Positions 47,557 through 58,181 of a stretch of DNA of 64,000 nt are shown here, piece by piece; position 1 is the first letter of the stretch; each line of letters starts with the position of its first letter. The DNA is from Clostridiales bacterium (GTDB taxonomy: Bacteria > Bacillota > Clostridia > Oscillospirales > Oscillospiraceae), in assembly GCA_018374635.1 (NCBI GenBank), contig JAHAEW010000004.1, positions 11,007 through 75,006 of the forward strand. Direction: 5' to 3'. A program made the position numbers and the translations under genes. The notes beneath the pieces are model-generated. The model saw only the letters and a program-made list of their open reading frames with translations. It was not told the origin of the DNA and did no database searches.

Positions 47557-48435
47557 CTACTGGTGGAGCGGGAAGAGAATCTTCATGAGCACCTGCTCCG
47601 CCGCTTCGGCATGTTCCACGCTGAAATAGAGCCGCTTTCCCTCCCCATCAAGCAGTTCAAACTGATCCCTGCGGCAGAGGAAGCGAATCTTCAGCTGCTC
47701 CAGCACATGGTAGAGCGCCAGGTTCCACTCGGCCCAGTTCGGCGCCACATCCTTCAGAAGCGCGTTCCTAAGCCACTCAAACTCAGGCGGAAGGAGCCTC
47801 TTTTCCAAAAAGAGCCTCCAGAGCACCTCTTTCTGCTCCATGGTAAGTCCGGCCAGACAATCCAAATCATCCTCGTCCTCCCCCCAGCACACATAACAGA
47901 AGGAGCACGTGTGATCCAGCCGGGAGAGCCGCTGTTCCTCCAGGAAATCCGCACAGCTCCATTCAAACGCCGCCGCGCACTCTCCCCGGTCTATCGCACG
48001 CAGGATCCGGAACATACACTCCGCCGAGCGGGGATCGAGGAACTGTATGGAGAAATACAGGTCGCGCAGCTCCTCGTGCCAGCAGCCCGATATCGTCTGC
48101 TGACGCAGGACAAGCATCTTCTGTTCCCGCGTGAAAGAGAGCCCCACAAGCTCCCCATTGGGCGCCAGACCGAAGACCTGTACCGGCCAGGTATCGTGGA
48201 TCCTGCTCAGCGCGGACCCAAAAGACTGTGCGAATTCCGCTGTGGAAAAGGTCTGCACCTCATAGCCAAGCCGCAGCAGGGCGCCGCCGCTCTCATAGGA
48301 AGCCCGGCTTCCCTCCCCCAGCCAGTCCTTCAGCAATTTTGCCAGACAGATCATCAACCACGCAGGCGTCTCGCCATCCAGTTCCACCGCCGGGCAGATC
48401 ACCCGCTCTACCGTCTTATCATAATGAAAGTGCAT
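47557..48435 (-). CDS. Hypothetical cytoplasmic protein, Cys-rich (CSFCYVCWGEDEDDLDC), compositionally atypical
   Basis: Strong RBS GGAAAGGAGGAG lies 8 nt before ATG (MHFHYDKTVERV). 292 aa with no TM and no recognisable family. By eye its GC is about 55% and GC3 is lower than the about 65% flanking kdp genes. It is inserted between kdpC and kdpD. Confidence 0.5.
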   Translation of the reverse strand: MHFHYDKTVERVICPAVELDGETPAWLMICLAKLLKDWLGEGSRASYESGGALLRLGYEVQTFSTAEFAQSFGSALSRIHDTWPVQVFGLAPNGELVGLSFTREQKMLVLRQQTISGCWHEELRDLYFSIQFLDPRSAECMFRILRAIDRGECAAAFEWSCADFLEEQRLSRLDHTCSFCYVCWGEDEDDLDCLAGLTMEQKEVLWRLFLEKRLLPPEFEWLRNALLKDVAPNWAEWNLALYHVLEQLKIRFLCRRDQFELLDGEGKRLYFSVEHAEAAEQVLMKILFPLHQ

Positions 48436-48474
48436 CGCACGCTCCTCCTTTCCCACAGCGGCCGCATGCCGCAC

Positions 48475-49137
48475 TTATTTGCTCACCTCGTCAATCAGGC
48501 CCATGGCCTTGGCAATGTCCAGGTTGACTCCCAGCACGTTGACCGTCTCCTCACCGAACACCCCCAGAAGCTTTCCGGCCGTATTGTCGGCCACGATCTG
48601 CTCCAGCTGCTCCCGGCTCAGGCCAGAGGCCTCCGCCAGAGCGGGCAGCTGCACCTGGGCGGCTTCCGGGGATACGTGGGGGTCCAGTCCGGAACCGGAA
48701 GCGGTCATCAGGTCGGCAGGCAGGTCCTCCCGGCTGATTTCGGGGTTGGCAGCCAAGAACTCCTCAATATCCGCCTCGACCCGCTCGGTGAGGGCAGGAT
48801 TCGAGGGCGCATAGTTGTTGGAGCCGGAGCCCAGCCCGGCAAACTCGCTGCCGTCATGATAGAACCGGTTGCCCTCGGCATCCTCATAATAGGTGTTGTA
48901 GTGGTATGCGGAGGGACGGCATTTCATGAAGTATGGCTCGGTAAAATCCTGGCCCACGTTGGCCGCGCCCACCGGGGCGCCGTCGGCCATGACCAGACTG
49001 CCCTTGGCCTGACGGGGAAAGAGCAACGCAGACAGGCCGCTGAGTACCACGGGAAACAGAAAGCCGCACAACAGCAGCAGGACCAGCGTCACCACTACGG
49101 ACTGCCGTATATTGTGAAGAATGGTTTTATTCGACAT
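48475..49137 (-). CDS. kdpC: Potassium-transporting ATPase subunit C
   Basis: N-terminal TM followed by a periplasmic domain. 220 aa, downstream of kdpB. Confidence 0.85.
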   Translation of the reverse strand: MSNKTILHNIRQSVVVTLVLLLLCGFLFPVVLSGLSALLFPRQAKGSLVMADGAPVGAANVGQDFTEPYFMKCRPSAYHYNTYYEDAEGNRFYHDGSEFAGLGSGSNNYAPSNPALTERVEADIEEFLAANPEISREDLPADLMTASGSGLDPHVSPEAAQVQLPALAEASGLSREQLEQIVADNTAGKLLGVFGEETVNVLGVNLDIAKAMGLIDEVSK

Positions 49138-49150
49138 ATTGGAGTCCTCC

Positions 49151-51211
49151 TTACATACCCATGGCAGCCAGCAGCGGCGCGATGATCATATCGATGAGCT
49201 TGATGCCGACAAAGGGAGTGATCACGCCGCCCAGACCGTAGATCAGCATATTCCGGGCCAGCATCTTGCCGGAGGACATGGGGCGGTACTTGACGCCCTT
49301 CATGGCCAGTGGGATGAGGCAGGGGATGATGATGGCGTTGAAAATCAGAGCCGACAGGATGGCGCTGTAATTGGTGGTCAGGTGCATGATATTCAGCACC
49401 CCCAGCTGGGGGATGCCCATCTGGAACATGGCCGGAATGATGGCAAAATATTTGGCGATGTCGTTGGCGATGGAGAAGGTGGTCAGAGAGCCGCGGGTGA
49501 TGAGCAGCTGCTTGCCGATCTCCACCACCTCCAGGATCTTGGTGGGGTCGCTGTCCAGATCCACCATGTTGGCCGCCTCCTTGGCGGCGGTGGTGCCGGA
49601 ATTCATGGCCAGGCCCACGTTGGCCTGAGCCAGAGCGGGGGCATCATTGGTACCGTCGCCGGTCATGGCCACGATCTTGCCCTCCGCCTGCTCCCGCTTG
49701 ATGACGTCAATCTTGTCCTCGGGCTTACACTCGGCGATAAAGCCGTCCACACCGGCCTCCTTGGCAATCGTGGCGGCCGTGAGGGGGTTATCGCCGGTAC
49801 ACATGATGGTCTTGATGCCGATGGCGCGCAGGCGCTCGAACCGCTCCGCCATACCGGGCTTCACGGTGTCTTTCAGATAGATGACGCCCAGCACCTTGCT
49901 GTTTTCACATACCACCAGAGGCGTGCCGCCCAGAGAGGAGACCTCCTCCACATGGGTGTGCAGATCGGCGGGAATCTCGCCGCCCTGCTCCCGGACATAC
50001 TGCTCAATGGCGTCGGAAGCACCCTTGCGCACCCGGGTGCCGTCGGGCAGGTCCACACCGCTCATACGGGTCTGGGCGGTGAACTCCATAAAGGTGGAGC
50101 CGGACAGCTCCTGGCTGGTGTCCCCCAGACGGCGGGCCAGCTCCAGCGTGGACTTACCCTCAGGAGTTTCGTCGTGAAGGCTGGTCAGGGCGGCGCAGCG
50201 GATGAGATCACTGCGTCTGGCGCCCTCCACCGGGAAGAAGTCGGCAGCCAGACGGTTCCCGAAGGTGATGGTGCCGGTCTTATCCAGGATCATGGTATCC
50301 ACATCGCCGCAGGCCTCCACCGCCTTGCCGGACATGGCGATGACGTTAAAACGGGTCACACGGTCCATGCCGGCGATGCCGATGGCCGAGAGCAGACCGC
50401 CGATGGTGGTGGGGATCAGACAGACCATCAGGGCGATCAGGGTGGACAGGGGCAGCTGCACGCCGCAGTACATACCGATAGGATACAGGGTGACGATCAC
50501 GATAAGGAAGATAATGGTCAGCGAGACCAACAGCGTGCTCAGCGCGATCTCATTCGGGGTCTTTTTCCGGGAGGCGCCCTCTACCAGGGCGATCATCCGG
50601 TCCAGAAAGCTGTTGCCGGGGTCGGAGGTAATGCGGATCTTCAGCCAGTCGGACACCACGGTGGTGCCTCCGGTGACAGAGCAGAAGTCGCCGCCGCTCT
50701 CCCGGACCACCGGGGCGGACTCGCCGGTGATCGCCGACTCGTCCACCGAGGCAATGCCCTCAATGACCTCGCCGTCGCCGGGGATGACCTCGCCGGCCAC
50801 TACCATGACGATATCGCCCCGCTTCAGTTCGCTGGAGGAGACCGTGGTCTCATTGCCGTGCTCGTCCAGCCGGCGGGCTTCCGTGTCCTTCTGGGTCTTT
50901 TTCAGGCTGGCCGCCTGCGCCTTGCCGCGGCCCTCCGCCACAGACTCGGCAAAGTTGGCGAAGAGCACCGTCACCAGCAGAATGATGGCGACCACCAGGT
51001 TATAGGTGCGCAGGCTGGCGTCATTTTCCCCAAAGAGCCCCGGCGCGATGGTCAGCAGCAGGGTGATGAAAAATCCGATCTCCACCACAAACATGACCGG
51101 ATTTTTGATCATGTACCGGGGGTCCAGCTTCTGGAACGCACCGGCAAAGGCCTGCTTCAGGATCTCAGGCGTCAGCGTCTTTTTATTTTGCTTCTTACTC
51201 ATGATGGTCAA
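49151..51211 (-). CDS. kdpB: Potassium-transporting P-type ATPase subunit B
   Basis: DKTGTIT phosphorylation motif, [18 protein letters not shown]. 686 aa. Confidence 0.95.
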   Translation of the reverse strand: MTIMSKKQNKKTLTPEILKQAFAGAFQKLDPRYMIKNPVMFVVEIGFFITLLLTIAPGLFGENDASLRTYNLVVAIILLVTVLFANFAESVAEGRGKAQAASLKKTQKDTEARRLDEHGNETTVSSSELKRGDIVMVVAGEVIPGDGEVIEGIASVDESAITGESAPVVRESGGDFCSVTGGTTVVSDWLKIRITSDPGNSFLDRMIALVEGASRKKTPNEIALSTLLVSLTIIFLIVIVTLYPIGMYCGVQLPLSTLIALMVCLIPTTIGGLLSAIGIAGMDRVTRFNVIAMSGKAVEACGDVDTMILDKTGTITFGNRLAADFFPVEGARRSDLIRCAALTSLHDETPEGKSTLELARRLGDTSQELSGSTFMEFTAQTRMSGVDLPDGTRVRKGASDAIEQYVREQGGEIPADLHTHVEEVSSLGGTPLVVCENSKVLGVIYLKDTVKPGMAERFERLRAIGIKTIMCTGDNPLTAATIAKEAGVDGFIAECKPEDKIDVIKREQAEGKIVAMTGDGTNDAPALAQANVGLAMNSGTTAAKEAANMVDLDSDPTKILEVVEIGKQLLITRGSLTTFSIANDIAKYFAIIPAMFQMGIPQLGVLNIMHLTTNYSAILSALIFNAIIIPCLIPLAMKGVKYRPMSSGKMLARNMLIYGLGGVITPFVGIKLIDMIIAPLLAAMGM

Positions 51212-51218
51212 ATCCTCC

Positions 51219-52979
51219 TTAGGCCCACAGGGTCAGATGCTCGGCAATGGGGCCCAGAGCCAGCGCCGGGAAGAAGGTCAGCGCGGCAAAGATATAAACA
51301 ACGAATACCAGAATCACCGCAAAGCTGAAGGTATTGGTCTGAAGGGTGCCCGCGGACTCGTTGATATAGTTCTTCTTCATCAGGGAGCCCACGATGGCCA
51401 GCTGGAACACGATGGACAGGTACCGTCCAAAGAACATGGCCAGTCCGGTGGTGATATTCCAGAAATACGTGTTGTCTGCCAGCCCCTCAAAGCCGGAGCC
51501 GTTGTTGGCGGCAGAAGAGGCGTACTCGTACAGCACCTGGCTCAGGCCGTGGAAACCGGGGTTGGTGATACCGGCGCGGCCGGCCTCCGTCCCAACCGCC
51601 AGGGCGGAGAAGGCCAGGATCAGCAGCGGATGGATGATGATGCACAGCGCGGTGAGCTTCATCTCACGGCCCTCGATCTTTTTGCCCAGGTATTCCGGGG
51701 TACGGCCCACCATCAGGCCGCAGATGAACACCGCCAGGATGGCATACATGATCATGTTCATCAGGCCCACGCCCTTGCCGCCGAATACCACATTGAGCAT
51801 CATGTACAGCAGGGGGACCATGCCGCCCAGGGGGGTGAGGGTGTCATGCATGTTGTTGACCGTACCGGTCGTGAAGGACGTGGTCACCGTCGTAAAGAGG
51901 GCGGACTGGGCGATCCCGAAGCGGACCTCCTTCCCTTCCATGCTTCCGGCGGACTGGTCCAGACCGATGGCGGCCAGCGCGGGGTTGCCCTGGCTCTCCG
52001 CCCAGAAGCACACGCTCAGGCCCACCACGAAGAGAATGCCCATGGCCAGGAAAATGCTGCGGCCTTCACGGCCGTAAATCTTAGCCGTGATGCCCTCGCG
52101 GCGGTCTAGGAGTGTATTTTCAGGCGCGATCTTCTTCAGATGCTCCTTCCGGCTGTCCCCCGCCATCTTACCGAAGGTAATGACACAGGCGCCGGGCAGC
52201 AGCATCATGGAGTATAGCTCAATCAGGTTGGAGAGCATTGTGGGATTCTCCAGCGGCGTGGAGGAATTGGCCCCCAAAAATCCGCCGCCGTTGGTGCCCA
52301 GGTGCTTAATGATCTCCAGCGCCGCGATGGGCCCCATGGCAATGGCCTGCAAAGTTCCCTCCAGGGTCTTGACCACGACGTTGCCGTCAAAATTCTGGGG
52401 CACGCCCTGCCACACCAGCAGCAGGCCGCCCACCACCGAAAAGGGAATCAGGATACGGGTCGTGATACGCACCAAATCTACGAAGAAGTTGCCCACATTG
52501 TCTTTCGTCCTGCCTGCCAGGCCCCGGATAAAGGCCACGCAGGCTGCATAGCCGGTCGCGGCCGAGACAAACATCATAAAGATGATGACCAGCATCTGGG
52601 AGAGGTAGCTCAGGCCGCTCTCGCCGGAGTAGTGCTGGAGGTTGGTGTTGGTCATGAAGCTGATGATGGTGTTGAAGGCCAGCGCAGGCTCCATTCCCTC
52701 AATACCGTTGGGGTTGAACAGAGCGGTACTCTGGATGCGCAGGATCAGGTATCCGATACCCACCATCACGGCGTTGGTGCCAATCAGGGCCAGGACATAC
52801 TGCTTCCAGTTCATGCCCTTCTCCGGATCGACTCCGCCGATCCGGTAAATGGCTCCGTCCACCCGGTCAAACACCGGGTCGGCAAAGGTATGCTTTCCCG
52901 CGGCGATATGGTACAGATACCGCCCCACCGGAATGACAATTATCAAATAAATAAGAATTGTCAGAACCAGCTGTAACAT
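51219..52979 (-). CDS. kdpA: Potassium-transporting ATPase subunit A (K+ channel-like)
   Basis: 586 aa polytopic protein, [25 protein letters not shown]..., with selectivity-filter-like GxG repeats (e.g. TNGGGF). Confidence 0.9.
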   Translation of the reverse strand: MLQLVLTILIYLIIVIPVGRYLYHIAAGKHTFADPVFDRVDGAIYRIGGVDPEKGMNWKQYVLALIGTNAVMVGIGYLILRIQSTALFNPNGIEGMEPALAFNTIISFMTNTNLQHYSGESGLSYLSQMLVIIFMMFVSAATGYAACVAFIRGLAGRTKDNVGNFFVDLVRITTRILIPFSVVGGLLLVWQGVPQNFDGNVVVKTLEGTLQAIAMGPIAALEIIKHLGTNGGGFLGANSSTPLENPTMLSNLIELYSMMLLPGACVITFGKMAGDSRKEHLKKIAPENTLLDRREGITAKIYGREGRSIFLAMGILFVVGLSVCFWAESQGNPALAAIGLDQSAGSMEGKEVRFGIAQSALFTTVTTSFTTGTVNNMHDTLTPLGGMVPLLYMMLNVVFGGKGVGLMNMIMYAILAVFICGLMVGRTPEYLGKKIEGREMKLTALCIIIHPLLILAFSALAVGTEAGRAGITNPGFHGLSQVLYEYASSAANNGSGFEGLADNTYFWNITTGLAMFFGRYLSIVFQLAIVGSLMKKNYINESAGTLQTNTFSFAVILVFVVYIFAALTFFPALALGPIAEHLTLWA

Positions 52980-53009
52980 ATGTAATTCCTCCCAAACTGT
53001 CTCAAGATA

Positions 53010-53087
53010 TCAAAAGCGTTCCGGATGCGCCAGGGCATAGACCAAATATCCGCCCAGCAGCAGAACGATCACACCAAGTAAGATCAT
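53010..53087 (-). CDS. kdpF: Potassium-transporting ATPase subunit F (25 aa)
   Basis: My own translation gives MILLGVIVLLLGGYLVYALAHPERF, a canonical KdpF ending in PE(R/K)F. RBS GAGGAGGA lies 9 nt upstream. The gene is absent from the ORF track (too short) and overlapped by a spurious 110-aa ORF. Confidence 0.8.
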   Translation of the reverse strand: MILLGVIVLLLGGYLVYALAHPERF

Positions 53088-53109
53088 AAGCCATTCCTCC
53101 TCGCTTCCA

Positions 53110-53208
53110 TTACTCCTGTGATTCCACCTGCTTCTGGCACCACTTGACCAACAGACGCACCAGCCCGAACGAGACCAGCAGCGTCCCGATCATCAAAATA
53201 TCCATCAT
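53110..53208 (-). CDS. Candidate 32-aa hydrophobic small protein upstream of and coupled to kdpF
   Basis: My own translation gives MMDILMIGTLLVSFGLVRLLVKWCQKQVESQE. RBS AAAGGAG lies 8 nt before the ATG. Its stop TAA abuts the kdpF RBS (TAATGGAAGCGAGGAGGA). Confidence 0.4.
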   Translation of the reverse strand: MMDILMIGTLLVSFGLVRLLVKWCQKQVESQE

Positions 53209-53462
53209 ACCGTATTGCTCCTTTCTCTTGCCGATCCGGCGCCGCCGCCCGGCATGCCCTCGCTTCGCCGCGGCCGGCATCCGGCCAAACGCTGCGAAGC
53301 GGGCAGACAGGGGTGGTACGGAGCGGCTCGCGCGCTGCCATAGAACTTGACTTCTTCTGTGGTACACAGACAAAACAGCACAGCGCCCTGTTTTGCATCA
53401 GTAGCATACCGCACACGGTAATAAGTGGGGATTAAGGAACGCCCGCATATATTAAGGAGTTA

Positions 53463-56171
53463 TTAATATGGGCCCATTTCCCGCTCCACGCAGCTGGTCA
53501 GCTCGCTGGAGCGGATCGCCGGAAGCGTGAAGCGGAATACCGTGCCGCTTGGTTTGTGATCGGAGACCGTGATCTGCCCTCCGTGCAGCGAGACAATGGA
53601 CTGACACAGGTTGAGACCCAGGCCAAGCCCGCGCTGACAATCCGCCTTCCCCTGTTCCGCGGTATAGAACAGGTCGAAGAGATGCTTTTTTGCCTCGTCT
53701 GGAATGCCCGGGCCATCGTCCGAGACATCCACCTCGATCCGCTCCCCCTTCCGTCTTCCCCACAAGACAATGTGGGAGCCCTTTGGCGTATACTGGATGG
53801 CATTGTTCAGGATATTGATGATCACGCGCAGGATCAATTTGGTATGGATGGAAACCATCAGGGTGCTCTCCTCCAAGTGCACGGTTATGGTGTGTTCCTG
53901 TGCCCGGCGGTCCAGCTGCTGGATGGCGCACTGGAAGAGGTCCTCCAAAAGCTCCGGATGGGGCTGGAACGACTCCCGGTCGGTCTCCAGCCGAGTGGCC
54001 GCCAGCAGATTCTCCGTCATGTTGATGAGCCAGCTGGTGTCGTCATAGATAGCGGTATACAGCTTCTCCCTGGTCTCCTGATCCAGGGTCTCCGGCTCCC
54101 GCATGAGGATCCCGGCGCTGCCGTTGATATTGGTCAGGGGCGTGCGCAGGTCATGGGATACCGCCCGGAGGAGATTGGCCTGAAGGCGCTCTTTCTGAGT
54201 CTGAAGAGCCACCTGGTTTTGCTCCTCCTGCAGGCGGATGCGCTCCTGACTCAGCCCGCACTCGCTCAGAATGGGAATCATCAGGTTCTTCTCAAAGGCG
54301 TCCGGAGTGGAATAGCCCACAATGGGGATGCCCACGATCCCCATGACCCCCTGGGTCCCCCGTACCGAGAGGAAGAGCCACCTGGAATTCGGCAAGGTAT
54401 TCGTGGTCGCCCCGGCGTGCTTGTTATTCCGCTGGACCCATTTGGCCACCCCGATCTCTTCCGTATTCAGTCCGGCCAGGATCTCCTGCTCGTCAGCCGG
54501 CTCCACCCGAAAGGCAAGCTCCTCCTTCTCCCGGCTGAGGGCATACAGCACCGGGCGGTCAAACAGCCGGTTGAGCTGTTCGGCCGTCAGGCGCAGGCAG
54601 TCCCACTCGGTACGCCCCTTTTGCAGTTTCTGGCTGCTGCCCAGCAGCAGCTCGGTATAATAGCTTTTCTCCGCGGCCAGACGGGCCTGTACTTTGACAC
54701 GGCTGGCCAGAGAGCTGGCAATCACGCTGGAGAAGAGCATGATCAAAAAGGTGACCGGATAACTGGGGTCATTGGCCTGGAAGGTATAGCGCGGCTCTGT
54801 AAAGAAGAAATTGAAGGCTGCCACGCTCAAAAAGGAGTTGATCGCCCCATAAAAATGCCCACCCGTCCAGACCGCGGTAAGCAGTACGCCCAGAATATAC
54901 ACTGTGATGATGTTGGACTCGCTGAAGCCTGCATAGTGGAACCCGAAACTTACCCCTGTGGACAGAATGAGAGAGAACAGCATTTTGCCCATATCCTTCC
55001 ACGAAAAGCTCACTTTTGGTCTCCGGAGTTTTCCAATGGGCTTTTTATAGATGGGCTGCTGGTCCGGGATGATGTATACGTCCAGGTCGGTCAGCTCGAT
55101 CAGCTGGTCAGCCAGGCTCTTCTTGCCGGTCACCGGGTTCTGTTTGTGGTTGATGCGGCCCATCACGATCTTGGTGACGCCGCTGACCCGGGCATATTCC
55201 GCGATCTGCACCGCCGGGTCTGTACCGTACACCGTGGAGATCTGGGCCCCCAGCTGTTCAGCCAGCCGCAGATTGCTCCGCAGCCGCTTGATGTTTTCCC
55301 CGGAGAGCTCCTTTGTCTCCGGCGTCTGGACAAACAGCGCGGTGAACCCGCTGTGAAACGCCTCCGCCATCCGGGCGGCTGTCCGAATCACCTTGGCGTT
55401 GGAGGGCGCGGAGGAGAGACAGATCAGGATGTGCTCCCCTGCCCGGGCGCTCTTCTCCATCCCCTCCTGTACCGCAGCCCGGTTCAGCTGGTCAGCCGTC
55501 CTGCGCATGGCGATCTCACGCAGGGCAGTCAGATTCTCCTCGGTGAAGAAGTTCCGGAGGGCCTGCTTGGCCTGCTTCTCCTGATAGACCTTTCCGGCCT
55601 GGAGCCGTTTGACCAATTCGGCAGGCTCAATGTCCACCAGCTCCACCTGGTTGGCCCGGTCAAACACATGGTCTGGAATCCGCTCGTTGACAGCGATCCC
55701 TGTGATGGAACAGACCAGATCGTTCAGGGATTCCAGGTGCTGCACATTGACCGTGGTATAGACATTGATCCCGGCCTGGAGCAGCTCCTCCACATCCTGA
55801 TAGCGCTTTGTATGCCGGCAGCCCTGGGCATTATTGTGGGCCAGTTCGTCCACCAGGATCAGGGCCGGCTTTCGCCGCAGCGCTCCGTCCAAATCAAATT
55901 CTTTCAGCTTGATGCCCCGGTAGTCGATCACCTGACAAGGCAAAACTTCCAGCCCGTCCAGCAAGGCCAGCGTATCCGGCCGGGCGTGCTGCTCCACATA
56001 GCCCACCACCACATCGACGCCCTCTTTTTGGGCCTGATGTGCCGCCTCCAGCATGGCATACGTCTTTCCCACGCCCGCAGCATATCCCAAAAAAATCTTC
56101 AGTCTCCCGTGGGAAGAGGCACCCTCTCTTTGGCCCGAGAGATATGGCAGGCAGCGTTCCGGTTGCGTCAT
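53463..56171 (-). CDS. Second full-length KdpD-family sensor histidine kinase (paralog), upstream of kdpFABC
   Basis: RLKIFLGYAAGVGKTYAMLEAA (KdpD P-loop domain), a USP-like region, 4 TM, H-box LLRAVSHDLRTPLTNI, G-box QRGLGLGLNLCQSI. Start at the internal MTQPER at 56171. Confidence 0.8.
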   Translation of the reverse strand: MTQPERCLPYLSGQREGASSHGRLKIFLGYAAGVGKTYAMLEAAHQAQKEGVDVVVGYVEQHARPDTLALLDGLEVLPCQVIDYRGIKLKEFDLDGALRRKPALILVDELAHNNAQGCRHTKRYQDVEELLQAGINVYTTVNVQHLESLNDLVCSITGIAVNERIPDHVFDRANQVELVDIEPAELVKRLQAGKVYQEKQAKQALRNFFTEENLTALREIAMRRTADQLNRAAVQEGMEKSARAGEHILICLSSAPSNAKVIRTAARMAEAFHSGFTALFVQTPETKELSGENIKRLRSNLRLAEQLGAQISTVYGTDPAVQIAEYARVSGVTKIVMGRINHKQNPVTGKKSLADQLIELTDLDVYIIPDQQPIYKKPIGKLRRPKVSFSWKDMGKMLFSLILSTGVSFGFHYAGFSESNIITVYILGVLLTAVWTGGHFYGAINSFLSVAAFNFFFTEPRYTFQANDPSYPVTFLIMLFSSVIASSLASRVKVQARLAAEKSYYTELLLGSSQKLQKGRTEWDCLRLTAEQLNRLFDRPVLYALSREKEELAFRVEPADEQEILAGLNTEEIGVAKWVQRNNKHAGATTNTLPNSRWLFLSVRGTQGVMGIVGIPIVGYSTPDAFEKNLMIPILSECGLSQERIRLQEEQNQVALQTQKERLQANLLRAVSHDLRTPLTNINGSAGILMREPETLDQETREKLYTAIYDDTSWLINMTENLLAATRLETDRESFQPHPELLEDLFQCAIQQLDRRAQEHTITVHLEESTLMVSIHTKLILRVIINILNNAIQYTPKGSHIVLWGRRKGERIEVDVSDDGPGIPDEAKKHLFDLFYTAEQGKADCQRGLGLGLNLCQSIVSLHGGQITVSDHKPSGTVFRFTLPAIRSSELTSCVEREMGPY

Positions 56172-56299
56172 GGATCTTCCTCCCTCCGCAGTCCGATATG
56201 GACATACGTCTCCTATTTTGAACATCATACCACAGTGGATGCTAGGAAGCTGTGAGCATTTCCCCGCTCACATTAATACCGCACAAAGATATCGATCCT

Positions 56300-56345
56300 C
56301 CGCCGTATAGACAAAACACTCCGGTGGAAGCGGTACTTCCACCGG
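56300..56345. terminator. Intrinsic terminator after fhs (hairpin with flanking T/A runs)
   Basis: aaacactccggtggaag-cggtac-ttccaccggagtgttt. Confidence 0.7.
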
Positions 56346-56390
56346 AGTGTTTCCAAATATTCTATTTGTGCCGCGGCCCGGCCGGTATTC

Positions 56391-58055
56391 TTAGAACAGC
56401 CCGGAGATCACGCCGTTCTCGTCGATATCGATCTTCTCCGCCGAAGGCACCTTAGGCAGGCCGGGCATCGTCATGATATCGCCGGTCAGGGCGACAATGA
56501 AGCCGGCGCCCGCCGAGACCTTCAGGTTTCGCACCGTGATGCGGAAGCCCTTGGGCGCCCCCAGGAGGGTCTGATCGTCGGAGAAGGAGTACTGGGTCTT
56601 GGCCATGCAGATGGGCAGCTTGCCATAGCCCAGCTCGGTCAGCTGCTTGAGCTGCTTCTTGGCGTTGGGCGTCAGATCCACGCCCTCGGCCCGGTAGATC
56701 TTGGTGGCGATGGCGTTGAGCTTCTCCTCAATGGAGGCGTCGGCCTCATAGCAGTAGCGGAACTGGCTGGGCTGCTCACACAGGCGGACCACTTCCTCGG
56801 CCAGGGCCTTTCCGCCCTCGCCGCCCTTGGCCCACACCTCGGACAGGGCCACATTGACTCCCAACTCCTTGCACTTGTCCTCCACCAGCTTGAGCTCGGC
56901 GGCAGTGTCGGTGGGGAAGGCGTTGACAGCCACCACGCAGGGCAGTCCAAAGACCTTGGTTACATTCTCCACGTGCTGGAGCAGGTTGGGAAGGCCGGCC
57001 TCCAGCGCGGCCAGGTTCTCCTGATTCAGATCGGCCTTGGCCACGCCCCCGTGGTGCTTCAGGGCGCGGACGGTGGCCACGATCACCACGGCGCTGGGCG
57101 CGAAACCTGCGGCGCGGCACTTGATGTCCAGGAATTTCTCGGCCCCCAGGTCGGCGCCGAAGCCCGCCTCGGTGACCACATAGTCGCCCAGCTTCATGCC
57201 GGTGTCCGTAGCCATGATGGAGTTGCACCCGTGGGCGATATTGGCAAAGGGTCCACCGTGGATGAGCGCGGGCGTGTGCTCCAGGGTCTGGACCAGGTTG
57301 GGTTTGATGGCGTCCTTGAGGAGGGCGGCCATGGCGCCCTCGGCCTTCAGGTCATGGGCGGTGACCGGCTTGTCGTCCCGGGTATAGGCCACGACCATGC
57401 GGGCCAGACGGGCCTTCAGGTCGGTCAGGCTGGTGGCCAGGCAGAGCACAGCCATGATCTCAGAGGCCACCGTGATATCGAACCCGTCCTCACGGGGCAC
57501 GCCGTTGGGCTTGCCCCCCAGGCCGCAGATGATGCTGCGCAGCTGGCGGTCATTCATGTCTACCGCGCGCTTCCAGGTGATCTTGCGCACGTCGATATCC
57601 AGCGCGTTGCCCTGCTGAATGTGGTTATCCAGCATGGCGGCCAGCAGGTTGTTGGCCGCGCCGATGGCGTGGAAATCGCCGGTGAAATGGAGATTGATCT
57701 CCTCCATGGGGACCACCTGGGCATATCCGCCGCCGGCCGCGCCGCCCTTGACTCCGAACACGGGACCAAGGCTGGGCTCGCGCAGGCAGAGAACGACCTT
57801 CCTCCCCAGCTGATTGAGGGCGTCGGCCAGTCCCACGCTGGTGGTGGTCTTGCCCTCCCCCGCCGGCGTGGGGTTGATGGCGGTCACCAGCACCAGCTTG
57901 GCCTTTCGAGGCATCTCCCGCAGGGGATTGAGATCCAGCTTGGCCTTGGTGCGTCCATAAGGCTCCAGCATATCCTCGGCAACTCCAAGCTTGGCGGCCA
58001 CTTCTGCGATGGGCAGCATTTTCGCTTCCTGCGCGATTTCGATATCCGTTTTCAT
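56391..58055 (-). CDS. fhs: Formate--tetrahydrofolate ligase
   Basis: [16 protein letters not shown]...[14 protein letters not shown]...[13 protein letters not shown], about 555 aa. Start at the internal ATG at 58055. Confidence 0.95.
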   Translation of the reverse strand: MKTDIEIAQEAKMLPIAEVAAKLGVAEDMLEPYGRTKAKLDLNPLREMPRKAKLVLVTAINPTPAGEGKTTTSVGLADALNQLGRKVVLCLREPSLGPVFGVKGGAAGGGYAQVVPMEEINLHFTGDFHAIGAANNLLAAMLDNHIQQGNALDIDVRKITWKRAVDMNDRQLRSIICGLGGKPNGVPREDGFDITVASEIMAVLCLATSLTDLKARLARMVVAYTRDDKPVTAHDLKAEGAMAALLKDAIKPNLVQTLEHTPALIHGGPFANIAHGCNSIMATDTGMKLGDYVVTEAGFGADLGAEKFLDIKCRAAGFAPSAVVIVATVRALKHHGGVAKADLNQENLAALEAGLPNLLQHVENVTKVFGLPCVVAVNAFPTDTAAELKLVEDKCKELGVNVALSEVWAKGGEGGKALAEEVVRLCEQPSQFRYCYEADASIEEKLNAIATKIYRAEGVDLTPNAKKQLKQLTELGYGKLPICMAKTQYSFSDDQTLLGAPKGFRITVRNLKVSAGAGFIVALTGDIMTMPGLPKVPSAEKIDIDENGVISGLF

Positions 58056-58151
58056 CGGAATACAGCCTCCTTTATCCATGTTCGCTTTTCGTCTGTTCTA
58101 TGTATTCAGTGAAACACTCCCGCTCCGGGAAACTCTGTTCCCATACTAGCA

Positions 58152-58181
58152 CGGAATCAGCCGCATTGTCAAGACTTGGTA
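58152..58181 (-). promoter_or_regulatory. Sigma-70-type promoter for fhs (TTGACA-18-TAGTAT)
   Basis: Minus-strand ttgaca atgcggctgattccgtgc tagtat. Confidence 0.5.

Noticed and set aside
53084-53416. 110-aa and 87-aa track ORFs overlapping kdpF and its leader
   Set aside because: They overlap the canonical 25-aa kdpF in another frame and have no RBS. The real coding content is kdpF plus possibly only the terminal 32 codons of the 87-aa ORF.
53230-53460. c-di-AMP (ydaO) riboswitch upstream of kdpFABC
   Set aside because: It would be expected from other Firmicutes. But I could not find the paired ACGGGG / GGGGUGAAUCC / CCCGAACCCG-type conserved segments in the minus-strand leader. I leave it as an explicit Rfam check and do not call it as a feature.
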